A stretch of DNA of 64,000 nt from Albugo candida (lineage: Eukaryota), in assembly GCA_040437565.1 (NCBI GenBank), contig JBDOQK010000028.1:186001-250000 (forward strand). Direction: 5' to 3'. A program made the position numbers and the translations under genes. The notes below the pieces were generated by a model. That model saw only the letters and a list, made by a program, of their open reading frames with translations. It was not told the origin of the DNA and made no database searches. Shown one piece after another: positions 49,701-63,850 of the stretch (position 1 is the stretch's first letter; every line of letters starts with the position of its first letter).

Positions 49701-52700
49701 AAAATTTGCATCATAATCAATGTCGGAATCCGCGAGACGAATCAAAGACCGTCCATTTTGCATATAGACAGCTTTTTGGAGTATTGGCTCGAGAGAAGGC
49801 TCCAATGTCTCCTCGACATCCTCGATCAAGAGCTGCATTCCATTTCTGATACATTTTTCCAATGAGGAAAGCAAATTGCTGTTTGTCATTTTGATGACTT
49901 CAAGATTCTCGTTCCCATTTTCTTTGCTGTTTCTTGCTGTTCTTTTGATCCATTTGCTTCCTTGTCCTTGTGGGTCTATCATAAGCGGCCATCGCTCACC
50001 TTGTAAAACAAGGATGGCATTATCGGTCGAAGTGGAATCTGTAGGAAGTCCATTCAGCTGCCATTGTCTGATTTCCGTGGGGGTTGACAGCACTACGTTG
50101 AGCGAGTAAGATGATGAGCATGGTATCTGTAGCTGTTTTAGAGAATCGAGCCACAAAGTGGCCATCTTTTGACGAAAAGAACCAGTGAATGGCCCGTAGT
50201 AGGCGATACAAGCTGCCGCCAGAAATATATCGCCAATAAGATTGGTATTCGACTGCTCAAGCGAAGCAACCGATCGCTTCCAGCGAGCCCCTTCAACTGA
50301 TAGACCCGATATCAGTGCTTCTGCCCTAACAAGTCTCTGCTCCGTGATGGCAGCGTCATTTGTTAAGCCATTCTTCTCATTAACAGCCTCATCGCACTGC
50401 TGTTGGAGAATCGCCAGATTCCTATCCACTTTGAATAACTCATCCTGCTTCTCTTTAAGGCGCGTATTAGCTTCATTCAATTTTGCATTCAATTCCTCTA
50501 GTTTCGATCGCTTCGGTCCGACTTCTTTCGCCACCGTAGAGTAGACAAGAATCGCATGGACCCACATACAAAGCGAAGTTGCGGCCTTGGAGACTTTTGA
50601 AACATTTTCTACCGCCATGACCGGGTCTGCTGCGTTTTTACTGAGCTTCTTGAGCGCTGAGGGTGGGATGTTATCCTTATCGAATGATTTGAGACGATCT
50701 AAGAATCCTCCTTCACTCAAAACCTTCTTGGCAGATTCCCAGGTCTGTTTCTCATTCAGCAGTAAACAAACGGCATTCATCACAGTCTCTACTGCTTCAG
50801 GAGGTTTAGCAAATGATTTGACTTCGGTGATGTCATTTTTTGATAGAGCGTCCAGTGCTTTGACTGCGTTGTTGAGTGCTGGCATCGCGACATCCAAGTC
50901 TTTTTGAGCGTCGGCCTGTATGATGGCAACTTGTTCCGCCTGCAAAATCACCTCTGGTTCATCTCTTGCTACTATATCTCGAGCACGAGCTGCTTCTTGA
51001 CGATCTATTGTGATCTGTTCCAAGAGAACTTCGACTTGTGTCGTCTTTTCCTGCAGCACAGGTTTCAGCTGAATCAATTCTGACTTTAGAGAGTCGACAA
51101 TCGAATTGGTATCCTTCAATTTCTTCACTCCAATTTCCATTCTGTTTTTGGTATCCTGCAGTGTTTTACGCTTTTCTTGTAGCATTCTCACATATAAACT
51201 GATGAGTCCAAGATACGATTTTGGTGTCGTGTAAACGTGTCGTTGGTGATGTTGCAAGAAAAGCTGATTGAATTCGTCTGAAGTTGTGTGTACAGTCGAG
51301 CACATACTCACCAGTCCCGCTCTGATCTCTTTTGATGGGAAAGCCACGCCAGCAAGCATTCTGTCAGCTACGGATTGTAATGCTTCCTTGGGCCAGTTCA
51401 TATAGCAATCGATTGTGCAGCAATTGATCAATGATGGAAATGCTCGACAGCGTACACGAAGTGCAGATCCAACAGGCGACATTGCCAGAACAATATGGAG
51501 ATAATCTCGCACTCGCTGTGTGAATACCTGCAAGCATGACTCCGGGTCGTCATGAAGCCCTAGTTCTTTCATCACTGGACGCATGTCAGAGATAATGCGA
51601 TCGGTCTCGTCCATCGCGAATAAATTTGGCACTTCACCGCTATTGAGGATGTTGTTCAGATCTTCCAGGAATCTTCCATCGACGATTTGGGAATCTGCAA
51701 ACAGAAATACAACGGGATGGCCTTGGACACCCGACGATAGTAAAATTTTCTTCAGATCTTCTCGGAACTCTGTGATGCCGTATCCTCTTGTAATTTCAAT
51801 TTGTTCACAAGTAGCACCAACAATGTAGCTTGCAAGACGAGTAATGCTTTGTTTTCCAGACCCCCCGACACCAATGAGCATAGCATGACCGCGTGGCTGA
51901 CGTAGAATACGAGCGAGTCGTGTGATGTGGGCAATCGCATCTCGAAAGAATACAAGGTTCATCCGCGTGGAGTGGTCTTCATTATACTCGTGTAAAAAAT
52001 CATCCAAAGCTTTAGTCATGAGATTTATATCAGAACAGAATTCATACAAACGATTGGAATTTGATGTATCTGCTGTAGCAGAACGCCGAAGATAGTCGGC
52101 AAATAACAGCGGACATGCTCCATGGAAAATAGCTTCTCGTGTCCAATTGCATCCAAATGAACGTTGCAACATACCGACAATATGCTCTTCGAACCAGCGT
52201 TGATCTTCCCTTGTGTTGAGCCGATCTTGAAACACCCGAGTGCACTCATGAATCCAAAGTTTGTGCATCGTATCAACATCATTACATCGGTGTGGTGTGA
52301 TCATAAGTAGGCCCCGAAAAACTTTGGAGAGATCTCGCAGATTGAACGTATAATAAAACTTGCTTGGGATGGGAAGAAGCTCCTGGGTGATTTTGCTGTA
52401 CAATCCGACAATGCACGTGACAACTTCATCACTTAGACTTCGCACACTGGAAGAGAATCGCTCAAGAAATCCTCTGAGAATTGTGCCGAAAATAAGCTTT
52501 AAACCGGCTTCACTGGAAGGGTACATGCTAAGTACATGGAAATGACGAATAAAACGAGGAGTGAGATTGGATCTACCGCCTCCAGCAGGAGCTGCCGCGA
52601 CGAGCATCAACGTATCTTGGACCTCCTTCCAAAAAAGCTTTTCACGATCATAAAATCCTTTGAAATCAAGAAACTGACGTAGTAATTCAATCGGAGGCTG

Positions 52701-55700
52701 TGCTCCATACTGCTCAACAGCAGGCAGATTGATATCGTCAATGAACAAAATCATCTTTGCTCCTTTTGCGGGACCAATACAGTCTCTTCTTTTCTTTTCG
52801 AGCTTGCTTTCGATCGTCAATTGAGTCACAAGACTTGACGTTTGTGCTGAGAAATTGATAACAGTTTTTACAATTGGCCTCATGCGTTCTGCATTGCTGT
52901 GCTCGAGGTGAGTGTCCGAAGCGCATGCGGGTCTTGACATCTCTTCGAGAATTTGCTGGATGACAACCGTCTTCCCGGTTCCTGTTACTCCCGTGATATA
53001 AGCAGGTCGATCGTGTTTGATGAGAAGCTTCAAAATACTCGACAATCGTACAGTGTCTGTCGTAGGAACAATTATCTGAAAGTACGGAATCTCGGCGTTG
53101 TATTGAAATTTCGGCACGACATCTTTCCACGAGACTAAGCTTCTAGATTCACAGTCTGGGAAGTAATCCATGATGGTTTCCGCGCTTGGAAGCTGCAATC
53201 TTGCCATTTCAAACAAATCTCGTACAAAAGTGTCAAAAATGGGATGATACTCGCTGCTGACTGATGCTCCAACGGACCAACATAAGGCGAATAGGAATAA
53301 TTTATCGATCCATTCGACCAGTTCTTCAGCACTTGTATCAGCATAGTACGAACGCTTGATTGGTGACGCAGCCAAAATCTCGTCTTTGGTAGACTCAGGC
53401 TTCTTGAACATGGGGTCGATGAGCAAAAATTGGAATAATTTGCAAAAGCTTGTTACAAGATTGAGATCCGTAGTTGCAACTAATTCCATTCCGCAATTTT
53501 TACGCAGAAATTGTACGATTTTGTCGAGATAAAGGTCAATATTTGATCGTATTCGATCGACTCCTTCACTCGACAGATCTTTAGGCAAGCATTGCGCGAT
53601 CCATGATTCAATAAATGGGGAATACCCCAAATCACGAGAATTCATATAAACAACGCCAATACGACTCACAGTTGCTGGGGATGCTGCCGTAAGATCCATG
53701 ACCTCGAACAGCATTTTCATTTGGTTTTTGAGTTTGATCCGCTCGCCATTAGCGAGACACAGTGTCATATTATCGTCCAACACAGTGTTCAGATTTTCGA
53801 TCCAAAGTGCATCAATAGGCCCATCGAAAACTGTCCACTTGTAGCTATCACTTTCATCAATTACAGCCTCTCGCATGATGCTAGAAGCAAGGCCATCATG
53901 CCACTCTTGGCTCACCTCGTTGAATTCACCGTAGAGCTCGCCCATTGATATGCATTTCGGATTCAGCACTTTTGTCTCCACTAGTTGATAGATAGGATTA
54001 CCCGATCCATTCGCATTCCGTAGGGATGTCATAGTAGCCTGCAACACACGATAACAAGAGGTTTTTCCAGCTCCTGTAGGTCCAACTAAAGCAGCTCCAA
54101 AACGAACATTCAGAGTATCGAGTAGCTGAATGACTTTGGAGTCAAATGCTTCAGAGCTTTGAAACCCAAACATTCGAATTTGCTGCCTCAAAGATAGTAC
54201 AAAGTCACCATAATCATTTGGAGGAATACTGATATTGGGAAATAAATCCGCGACAATTGCTTGAAAGAGAGGAATATCATCGGATAGAAACTTGGGAATA
54301 TTTGAATCTCGCAAAGCCCGAATGAGTGTGATGTTTTCATCAATGTCAGGATTGCTCCGTTTCAAATTCCCAGCCATCACAAGAACTGATTTGACTGCTC
54401 TCAATCCGTAATCGTAATGCGGCTGCTGTGAAAGCTGCTCACTGCAAAGGATATATAATCTGCACATTTTTCTAGAGAGAATTCTTGCATCCGAAAATCC
54501 TTCCGCAAAAAGCATTATTTCAGCAATGAGCGCATAGTCGGGTACCATCATCGATACCGGACGAAAGCATACCTTGAGATTATCAGGCAGCTCCGTACGA
54601 CCTGCATACCCTGGGTTCATCGTCACGATAACGTGGTGGTCCTTGAGTGTGATTTCTACACCCATGAAATTGATATGCTCCTTCTGTTGCAATCTTCCTT
54701 CACGCAGAATCAAAAGCTGCTGTGCTACTACTGATAAGACTTCAATATCGATTCTATTAAACTCATCTAGACAGGTCCAATTGCCTGCTTGTGCAAGACC
54801 TCTGAATAATTTGCCCATCATTTTGTAGTCAATTTGATCGCTGCAATTGAACACTACACATTGTATGGCCATCGCTTTTGCTAGATCCTTGCTTGATTCT
54901 GTTTTTCCGGTACCCGCAGGACCCGCTGGAGCAGCTCCCAGTTTCAAAGTAAAGGAACCTGTCAAAGTCATCCAGCATCGATCGGTGAGTGGGGTGATAA
55001 CTAACCGGGAGGTAGCTCCCATGTACTCGTAGCCATAAAGAATCGAAGAATCTGCGTGTCGGATGATCACATCATCCGTCTGAGTATCCCAATAGTATCG
55101 AAGTTGTTGTTGCCATATAAAGCTGCTTACAGAGTCGATATTCTGACGCCAGAGCTCTTCGACGATATCTCTGGCGTGCACGTCAGTTGTGATGAGAGAA
55201 ACGATCACTTTGCGCTGTAATGGAGTAAGATCCTGTCTGATTTTCAAAATCAATTGATTCAAATCATGCAAAACACGGTCAAACCATTCTTGCATTCGAT
55301 AGGATCCACGAGATTCATCTGTACCAGTAGCTCCTGAGGCAGCAGTAAGACGGTCTTCGTCTAATTCTTTACCGTTCAAGGCTTCTTCAGTATGCCAAGC
55401 CCACATAATTTGAGCAACAGTTGCAACGATCTGACCAGGATGGTCACATAGCCATTCAACACGCTCTTTGGATTGATATTCCAAAAGTCCTTTTTTCAAA
55501 CTCTTGTGAATAGAGCTCTTCATGGAAGCTTCCAAAGCCTTGAGCCAGTCTTCAACATTTCCACGTGCTTTCAAATTCCTTCCTAGTGGAACCCGCTCAC
55601 CCTCGGATGAAATCATCGCCAGCATATCGATACTGGCACTATTTTCTCCAAAATCGACCTTGACTAGATTCTCAAAACATTTCCGAAGATGGGGTTGCAC

Positions 55701-58700
55701 CGATTGAGGATTCTTTGACTGAGAGAGAATTTCAAGTAGTTCGTCATTCGATAGAAAGTAAAACCGCGGGAATGCCATTCTTTTCGTTTCAAGATAATCC
55801 TCGAGTCTTTTCTGAATAATATCGAGGTTCGCATCATGCTGGGTGAGAGTCTCAGTGATACCGGGGATGGAGAGAGCGCTCATCACACGAGGACTTTCAT
55901 TCACACGTCGCATGATACTTTTCCAGGAGGTGTCTACAAGACTAAAGATCTTGCCAGCATCGGGAAGCTGCCTCTGGATATCCGGAGCCGCGAATATCGG
56001 CTCTAGGTACAGCCAATTTTTTTGCACAGCCAACCACACATCTAGTAGCTCTTGTAATGCTGCCAATTTCTTCTTCCAAGATTCGACTTCTGCCTGGATT
56101 CCTCCAATATAACGAGAACCGAGTATCGCTGATATAGCAACGGTTGAATCATCCATCTTGGTTGTGATATCTTCCATACTGCCAAGGATGAATACGTCCT
56201 TCGAGTCTTTGTAGAGTTTGATCTCAAACTCTGTATCGGACCAGCTTGTACTGATTTTTTGAAGCATATCTTCAAGAATTGCCTCATGCTGGGCGGTAAT
56301 GCTAATTTTGCTGATCTCAGGCTGGAGTTGCATCATGTTTTTCTCAATCATACTGCCAAGGGAGAGATTCGAGGAGCATTTCTGCTCGGTGAATTTCGCA
56401 GCGGTATGATCTTGCCCTTGAACGTCATGTATAACAAAACCTACGAGATCATGGATTTGGCGCCAATGCCTTTCCTGAAGCGCGGTGTTTCTCAAATCAG
56501 AGACGATGGGGAGAATGCGATTAAACTTCTCAACCTCCTGAAACAGGTACTTTGCGGCTTCGTTCCCGGGAAACGTTCGATGAGCCTGATGTGCTGTTTT
56601 GCTGTATATAGAGGCCTCTTTTTGTATGGCGTTCACATCCAGCATTCGATAATCTATGTCCCAAAACTGTCCTAGAAATCCATCCCATACCGCGATGCTC
56701 GACCAGAGTCGATATTTGAGATCAAAGTACATTGAAACTTCATTCAGCTCCTCAAAATCCATCACAGGTTGTTTCAAGAGTGTCTGAAAACCAGCAAGTT
56801 TTTCAGATTGATTCTTAAGCTGATCCAATTGACTTTTTTGCTGCTCCAGAAAAGCTAAGGCTTCTTTCACAGGAGTCTTCATGCTGGCAAGTCTTATGTG
56901 ATCAAGCTTTTCCCGAAGAGCTACAGCTTGGCGATTAAGAGGTGCTGCACTATCAGCAACTTGTTGTGCGAATTTGACTGTATCAGCATCTTGTTCGCCT
57001 TCAAAACGGGTCATCATGTTTTCCAACGCCAAGACACCTTCCTTCATGAGAATGATATTTTCCTTCAATTCGTCCGGCATTTTCCATTCATTCGAATCCA
57101 TAAGAATTCCAAGATCAAAGATTCGGCGATATTGTGTTTTCAAATTGACAATACTCTCGGAAACCTTTTGCATATGGACAATCTTCTTCACGAAAAGATC
57201 GGGTGTGTTTGGGTTGGAATACGCGAGGGGAGACAGCTCATTAAGAAGGTCCAAAACTTGGGTACTTTTTTTCTTCATCAATTGAGGAAGGAGATCTTGA
57301 ATGCCTCGTATACATTGCTGTGGTGTAGGTACCACCTTGCATTTGAATGCGGTCGAATCAACTTGAAAGATTCCAACCGCAGATAGCACCGGAATATCAA
57401 GTAGCTGTGTCATTTGTGCTTGAAACTTTTCGATAGAGTCTGCAACGCTTTCGACTGAAGCATGCTCAAAACGACTCCACAGTGAGACGACTTGGTCCCT
57501 GTTTTGAATGAAAATTTGATCATAGCACGTAAAGACATCCAAATACTCTTCAACTTTTTCAATGGCTCCTTCCAGAAGCGCGAAAATGTCATTTGTGAGC
57601 TCATTGAATTTTGCATCATAATTCAGGATGAGTGCGACTGTCAACTTCCCTGAAGACAAGTCACTTGTGACCTCCTCCTCATTCTCTTCTATTGTGTATC
57701 GTTTCAAGGCTTCATGTCCCAAATGTCGAGTCGAAGTCTCTACGATTTTAATAGTCTCTTTCAAAATACGCTGTAGTGTGAAATTCCATGCTTCTTGAGA
57801 TGGAAGGACATAAACAGCTGAAACTACAGATGTCAGCGAGTTCATAGCTTCACTCTCGACTGTCACTTTGAACAATGGCCGCGTCGGTTGTTCGGTGTCT
57901 ACATTGACCGGTGGAAGTCCTCGAGTACCTTTGTTAGATTCTTGCTTGCCACCAGCAGCTATTAGCTTTGTCTCTTTGGTATTACTCGATGTCACGATGG
58001 GTATACTTCCTGTCAGAGCTTCATATAGATTTCGAAACGATTTGATTGTCAATTGCAAAGTTGCATCGATGAAGAGAAAATCAATCAGTCTCAGAAAATG
58101 AGACAATTTTCGATATTCTTTCCGTAGTGCTGCTCGTTCCATGAAGGTCATGCTTGGCTCGGCGGCTATCTGGTTTGCTTGCATAAAATCGTCGATCACA
58201 TCGGTGCAAGTTTGAATGCAAATTTTTAGTGATTCTTCCGAGCATTCTCTCAGTTTGGCAGTCAAAGTATCTCGATATTCATTCTGCTCTCGTTCAAAAG
58301 TCTCCAATGTATATATGTGCCCAGGCTCAAAATAAATCAATTCGAGGTCGGCAATTTCCAGATATAATTTGCGAAGCTGTAGAATAGCATTCTGTACAAA
58401 TGGCATCGTCGTCACTAGCTTTGTTGTCAGAGCTCGTTTCGCACTCCGAATTTTGCGAAATCGTATAGTTTTCTTCCACACTATAAACGTTTTCCATATC
58501 TTGTACTGCTTGAAGAATGAAATTTGGAGCATTGCATGGAAGCGTGCGTATTCCATCTCCCACATTTGCAACGTCCAAAATTCCGAATGGTTAGCTGTGA
58601 AATGTGTTATCCCTTCCATGCTCATCGTAAAGTAGTCTGCTCGATCGATTTGTTCGTGTTCCGCGACCTCGAGGTCATACATAACCAGTCCTAAATGCTT

Positions 58701-59304
58701 CTTTCTACGCAGATAAATGAAATTTCCAGACTTGAATTCGCGTAAAAAGCTCGCATCGAGATTGAGTGAAGCTGTGAAGGATTCTTTGGACCGCATCGGA
58801 CGATCCGAGCGATAGACTACCGATAAATTCCCCGAGACCGCTATTCCCGATTCATTTGCTTGTGTTTCCACCTTTTTTGAAAAACGACAATGAGCTCTCC
58901 ATTAGGACGAACAAATGCATCGAGATCTTACATCTTGTAAAAGAAACCTTCCGGGCGCAAAGCTTTGCGGATTGAGGCTTTCCTTTCTTCCAGCACCTAG
59001 CTCCTCTGGTCTTTTAGCAGAAGACTTGTACTGCATATTAGGGGCACGTGGCACCATGGGGCTACCTCCACTCGGAATCCTATGATGAAATATGATGCAT
59101 GCAGGACAGCATCATGGTGCAAATAAAGTACCTGCTTCTGACTTTGGGCTTTAGTAAATTTTTGCGACCAACGGGTTTCGAGCCAAAGTGTGGGGGAGTA
59201 GAGGTATTGTGATAGATACGAGCAGCGAGTGTTTCATTGTGCGCTTTTAGTAAAGCGCTTTCAGTATCATAATCTCGAGACTCCGCTTTTTCTTCAGAGT
59301 TCAT
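46740..59304 (-). CDS. Axonemal inner-arm dynein heavy chain (DNAH6-like); exons 59304-59132, 59079-58932, 58871-46740
   Basis: Four P-loops (GPAGTGKT, GPTGAGKT, GVTGTGKT, GVGGSGKQ), FPRFYFLSNDELL, a stalk/MTBD and a C-terminal STTGISTNYV. The subtype call is inference. Confidence 0.97.
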
Positions 59305-59357
59305 TTCTGTGCTTTGAGCCACAGCCTTCTACGAGCGACGTTTGAGGCCCAGACAGA

Positions 59358-60565
59358 ATGACAGAAGCGAAGGATACAGAGACAGTCTTTCGGAAAACGC
59401 GATGGAACAAAGTCTGTTGGGATAATGTGCTTATTGGAGTCGAACGAGCAGGTAGCCATCTCGAAAGTCTTCGTCTTGCATTTGTGAATTTTCACGCACT
59501 TTATTCATAAGACAGCTATTACATGAGAAGCGGTTTGATACGCAAAGATTTGATTCTACGATTCGCTTCGGATCTGATACCACCGTCAAAAGTCATCACA
59601 AGTTTGAACGACTTGGAGAAGGCTTTGAAGGAGCACAATTTGAAGTGTACAAATTCAGAGACGTATTGGGTTCTTAAAAGAGCTTCATCAAGCAATGGGG
59701 TAGGCATTTTCTTCTTCTCGAGTATCAATGCCAGGGATCAGTCCAATACGCAGCTTACCGACATAATTGAACCCCGCTCGATGATTTCTTTGCTTCAGGA
59801 AGAGCTTAACGACACTGAGAAGCGTCGACATATTTTGCAGACATATGTGACCCCTCTGATGCATCCGGCTTGGAGCGATCGAAAGTATCATTTCCGAGCA
59901 CTAGTGCTTGCAGTGGGAGACCTCAAGGTTTACCTCTTTGATGACATACGCGTGCTCAGTGCGACAGATCCGATCGATATGGATTTTGATTACTTGGCTG
60001 ATTCGCTGAGGCACATTACAAATCAAAGCGTGAACGAGGTCGGGTCTCGGTATTGCCAAAAGCTGCAGAATAGGAGCCTTAACGAGTTTGCAGCCGAGTT
60101 GAATAAGTGGCACGGGGATGGAGCAAAGTGGCCAGAAACTATGAGCGCAGCTCCTCATGCATTCGAATCGTACATCCGCAATGAAATCCGAAATAAAAGT
60201 GCAATGCTTTTCGATCGAATACGTAACGAAAGACGATACTTTTTAGCGCTGTCGAATTGCTTTGAGCTTTTTGGACTCGACTTTATGGTATCAAATCTTC
60301 CGATGTGCAAGGTTGAAGCTGATTTGTTACGTAGATAGACCAAAGAGGGCAATTGTGGCTTTTGGAGGCGAATCCTGACCCGAGTATGGCGATGTATAGA
60401 GATAGCAATATCTGTAAGAATCCAGCAGCGTTTGTGGATGCAAACGTCAAGGCTGAGTTTGAATCACAAGATCAGCGCATACACTTGAAGCTGTGCACCC
60501 ATGACGATAAAATAGATGCTTCGATACCGTTCAAATTGATTTTCAGCTCGAAGGACGAACCGTGA
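59358..60565 (+). CDS. Tubulin-tyrosine ligase family ATP-grasp protein (TTL/Pby1-like), 3 exons
   Basis: WVLK..SSSNGVGI, ILQTYV, RKYHFR, HITN, FELFGLDFM and WLLEAN. The first exon MTEAK..WDNVLIG splices to SYYMRSGLIRK. Confidence 0.85.
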
Positions 60566-60637
60566 CCCCGGTGATGACCACAATGAAGTCTGATGGATCG
60601 ACTTTACTTTCGATACTGTGATCATTGTATAGGATGA

Positions 60638-62281
60638 TCAGTTTTGATCACTTTTTTGTGAATTGATGCAATCTAACTTGGATGATGACGCTTTCTTTCT
60701 TTCCAGAGTACGTGCCAAATACGCTAGTGCTCTTGTCATCGCTTCTTGTTCGCTGAGGCGCTTCGATTTCGTTCCCATATTGACAATTGCACGCATTTCG
60801 GACTCCTTACTATCTGGTTCTAGCTCGATGAACGCAGCTTCTGGGTACAGCGCTCTTATTTCCTCTTCGACTTCTTGAACCTCTTTCTCCACCAAACGAG
60901 TTACGTCTTCAGCATACCTGTAATCAGCATCCAAGCATGAGCATTACATAAAGATAACATGGAATTTTAACAGACCAGGCCAGCATTAGAGGCAGATCAT
61001 TTTCCAGCTGCTGAGACTCCATGAAAACTGGTTTGTAGCTATTCGAAGAAATCGATCAGTCTTAAAGCAAGTTGAGAGAATGAATAAACTTACATGTGGA
61101 GCAGTTTTGCTGCAAGGTAAGTGCCGTCAAAATCAACTTCCGCCTAGAAAGAATGTACATCAGTAATGAAAACGACTTCAAATTGCATCAGTACCTTGTA
61201 GCTGAATGTCGAAGGACCGACCCATTGGGATTGCACTGCATACACATTATCAATAGAAGGCCGAGCCAACAATAGTTCTCTTATTCCTTTTTCAATCTCT
61301 ACACAGAATTATATGATTGGTAACACTTGAGGAGGTAAACGACATACCTGGCTCCACAGATTGACCCAGTAGAAATCGCTGATTCATCCGAATTAGCGTT
61401 ACAGCAACGCCTCCAAGGAGTAATCCAATTGAGATACTTGCCAAGCTGTCCCATAATGGATTCCCGGTGATATGAGTGGCGCCAATTCCGCATGCCGCTA
61501 TCAGTACCCCACTGCATGCTGTCAGATCTTCTAAAAGTACCGCCATCATAAACGGGTCTTTGATATATTTGATGTATCGATACAGAGATATATTGGGTGG
61601 CTTGGTCTCCAGCAGCTCTTGTACAGCTCTTTTCAGCACCCAGCCGTCAATCAAGAAGGAACAAGCCAGGACGCCCCAAATCTCCCAAGACAATGTGAGC
61701 TCACTTGGTGGATTTATCAAACATTGCATTCCGTGGGTGATAGTGACTCCAGAGCCAAGCCAAAATATACCCAAAGCTGATATCAAAGACCAAAAGTAAG
61801 CCGCTCGACCGTATCCGTATTGATGTTTCTTGTCCGGCACACCAGCTGCTTGACGTAATCCTAGCACCAAAATGGCTTGATTTCCTGTATCGACGAGGGA
61901 ATGGATTGCTTCGGAGAGCATTGCACTCGATCCTGTCTTGAGCCATGCCACAGTTTTGAGTATTGTAATCGCTGTGTTTCCAGCCATTGCGCGCATTACA
62001 ACGTTTTTTGAGGTAGAACGATACACTTTTCCCGGGAAATAAGCTTTGTTAATGTCCTCGCGAGTCTTTGAAGCTTTTGGTGCTTCATTATTGTAAGATT
62101 GGAAATCGGTTAAAGGATTGCTTTGTTTATTAGATGATGCGCTCGATGTACACAATGAAGCGACAATAGAGCGAAAGTTGTGCTGGAAATACGTCTGTGG
62201 GTGTAGTAGTACGCGACTAGGAATATGGTAGGACACACAGCGGCGCCGTGAAATCGAAAGGATTCGGAGAGTACGGAGCAT
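60638..62281 (-). CDS. Cation diffusion facilitator, ZnT9/SLC30A9-like (mitochondrial-type presequence), multi-exon
   Basis: GSSAMLSEAIHSLVDTGNQ, HQYGYG, VLLEDL, WDSLASISIG, YKAEVDFDG and FIELEPD. The Arg-rich N-terminus starts at ATG 62281. Confidence 0.9.
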
Positions 62282-62348
62282 CCTTTTGGAAGCTGTCCTC
62301 CATGAATTGAACTCATGCGGCAATGCATAGCCTGCGTATATTAATATC

Positions 62349-63769
62349 TTATTTATCGGGCGCGTTTGATTTGTGATGAAACGTGGAGATATCTTTGAGC
62401 GATTGCTGAGCAGAGCCACGTCGTAGTGGTGCTTTTTGAGAAGAATGAGGAGCCCAGCCGATAAGATAGATTACCTAGCAATGCATTCGTAAGCGTTGTT
62501 GAGACAAACCTGTCGCTATATACCTGAAAAGTTGCCGGGACGAGGCCGTCTTCCAGCCCGTACATCGCCTGATAGATAGAGGCTGCTGCAAGAAGAGAAT
62601 CCTTGGTCATCCGCCCTTTTAAAACAGAGGCATTGTTCTCCCCCATTCCTTGTACATGTTCCATCAGAGTGAGAGCATTCGGGTAGTCTACTTGTATGTA
62701 ATCTGTATCCACTGCAAGGAGATACTTGGTGGCTCGCTCGAGAAGAGGTGAAAGAAAGGATCTACCTGTACAAAGAGAGAAGCCAGCTCCCTGCAGTAAA
62801 TTTCCAGCGTCAGCGACATTCATGAAGGGCGAGATGTGCGGCGAGATGCCACCTAATCGCTCTTGATCTGCCAGAATGAAAGCGCTCCTATCGCACAGGA
62901 AGATCTCAAACGATGTGACGTGCCATTGAGATCCATACCGCAGCTCTTGTAGCGTGTCACCGCCCAACACAGCACCAATAAAAGCACCGTCAGGCTTCAG
63001 ACACTCTCGGATCTATCAAACTTGTTAATGCTAATTTGAGATAAAGGAACACATACTTGCACAAAAGTGCTCGGTAAATCATTAACCCAGTGAAGACTCA
63101 GTGAGCTCATAATGAGATCAAAGTGCGATTTTTTAAATGGAAGAAATTCTTCATCCACTGCCAAGTATGACATTTGCACTTTCGAGACATCAAAGTATTA
63201 GTGACACAATTTCATAATCCCTCCTAGCTTACAGCATTCATCTTCATTGCGAGAGGCTGAACTTTTTTGCAAGAGTTTCTCTAATTCATTTCCGTTGTGG
63301 GTTGGGAGTTGTGGAAGGAACCACTTGGAATACCTGATATATCGGATTGTACTAATTCCTGTATGTCAAATCGTTCGTCATCCTCACAAAGGGCTTTGTA
63401 AATGTGACCTGCTCCTGCGCCTAAATCGAGTGCGAGTGGAAATGTCCGCTCAATATCCTTTTTCCGTATTAGTACTGCGAGCAACGATGTGGATGCTTGA
63501 TATAATATACCTGGAGACGATCAACGAGCCTTTTTGCTACTTCGTCTTTTAGATATTCAAAATCTTTCCTATTCTCGATTGTTGCGATATTATTTCTTTG
63601 TTGGCGCTTCACAGCTTCCAGAAACCAGATTAGCAATCTATCCAGCAGAGCAAGTGATCGACGACTTACTTCGGTTGAATATATTGGTTGATTGCGATGA
63701 ATATCGCCTCTCTTTGATAAAGTTGATGCATGATCTTGCAAGTTTTGTCTGGCGACATGCTGCGGCCAT
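62349..63769 (-). CDS. NDUFAF5: Complex I assembly factor NDUFAF5 (SAM-dependent methyltransferase fold), multi-exon
   Basis: [70 protein letters not shown] and PATFQ|IYLIGW. Confidence 0.94.
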
Positions 63770-63850
63770 ATTTGTTATTTCATATCTAGTCAAGTATACG
63801 ACTCGAATTATCTCATTTACACTCCTTCAACTCTTCTGCATTGTTTGTTC

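Noticed and set aside
46949..58635. Many 60-160 aa antisense or alternate-frame ORFs within the dynein gene, and likewise in other long CDSs
   Set aside because: These are shadow ORFs of long coding sequence with no motifs.
60570..60637. Box C/D snoRNA (GTGATGA followed by CTGA)
   Set aside because: CTGA lies only about 12 nt after the C box, there is no terminal D box or stem, and the region is the 3' UTR space between convergent genes.
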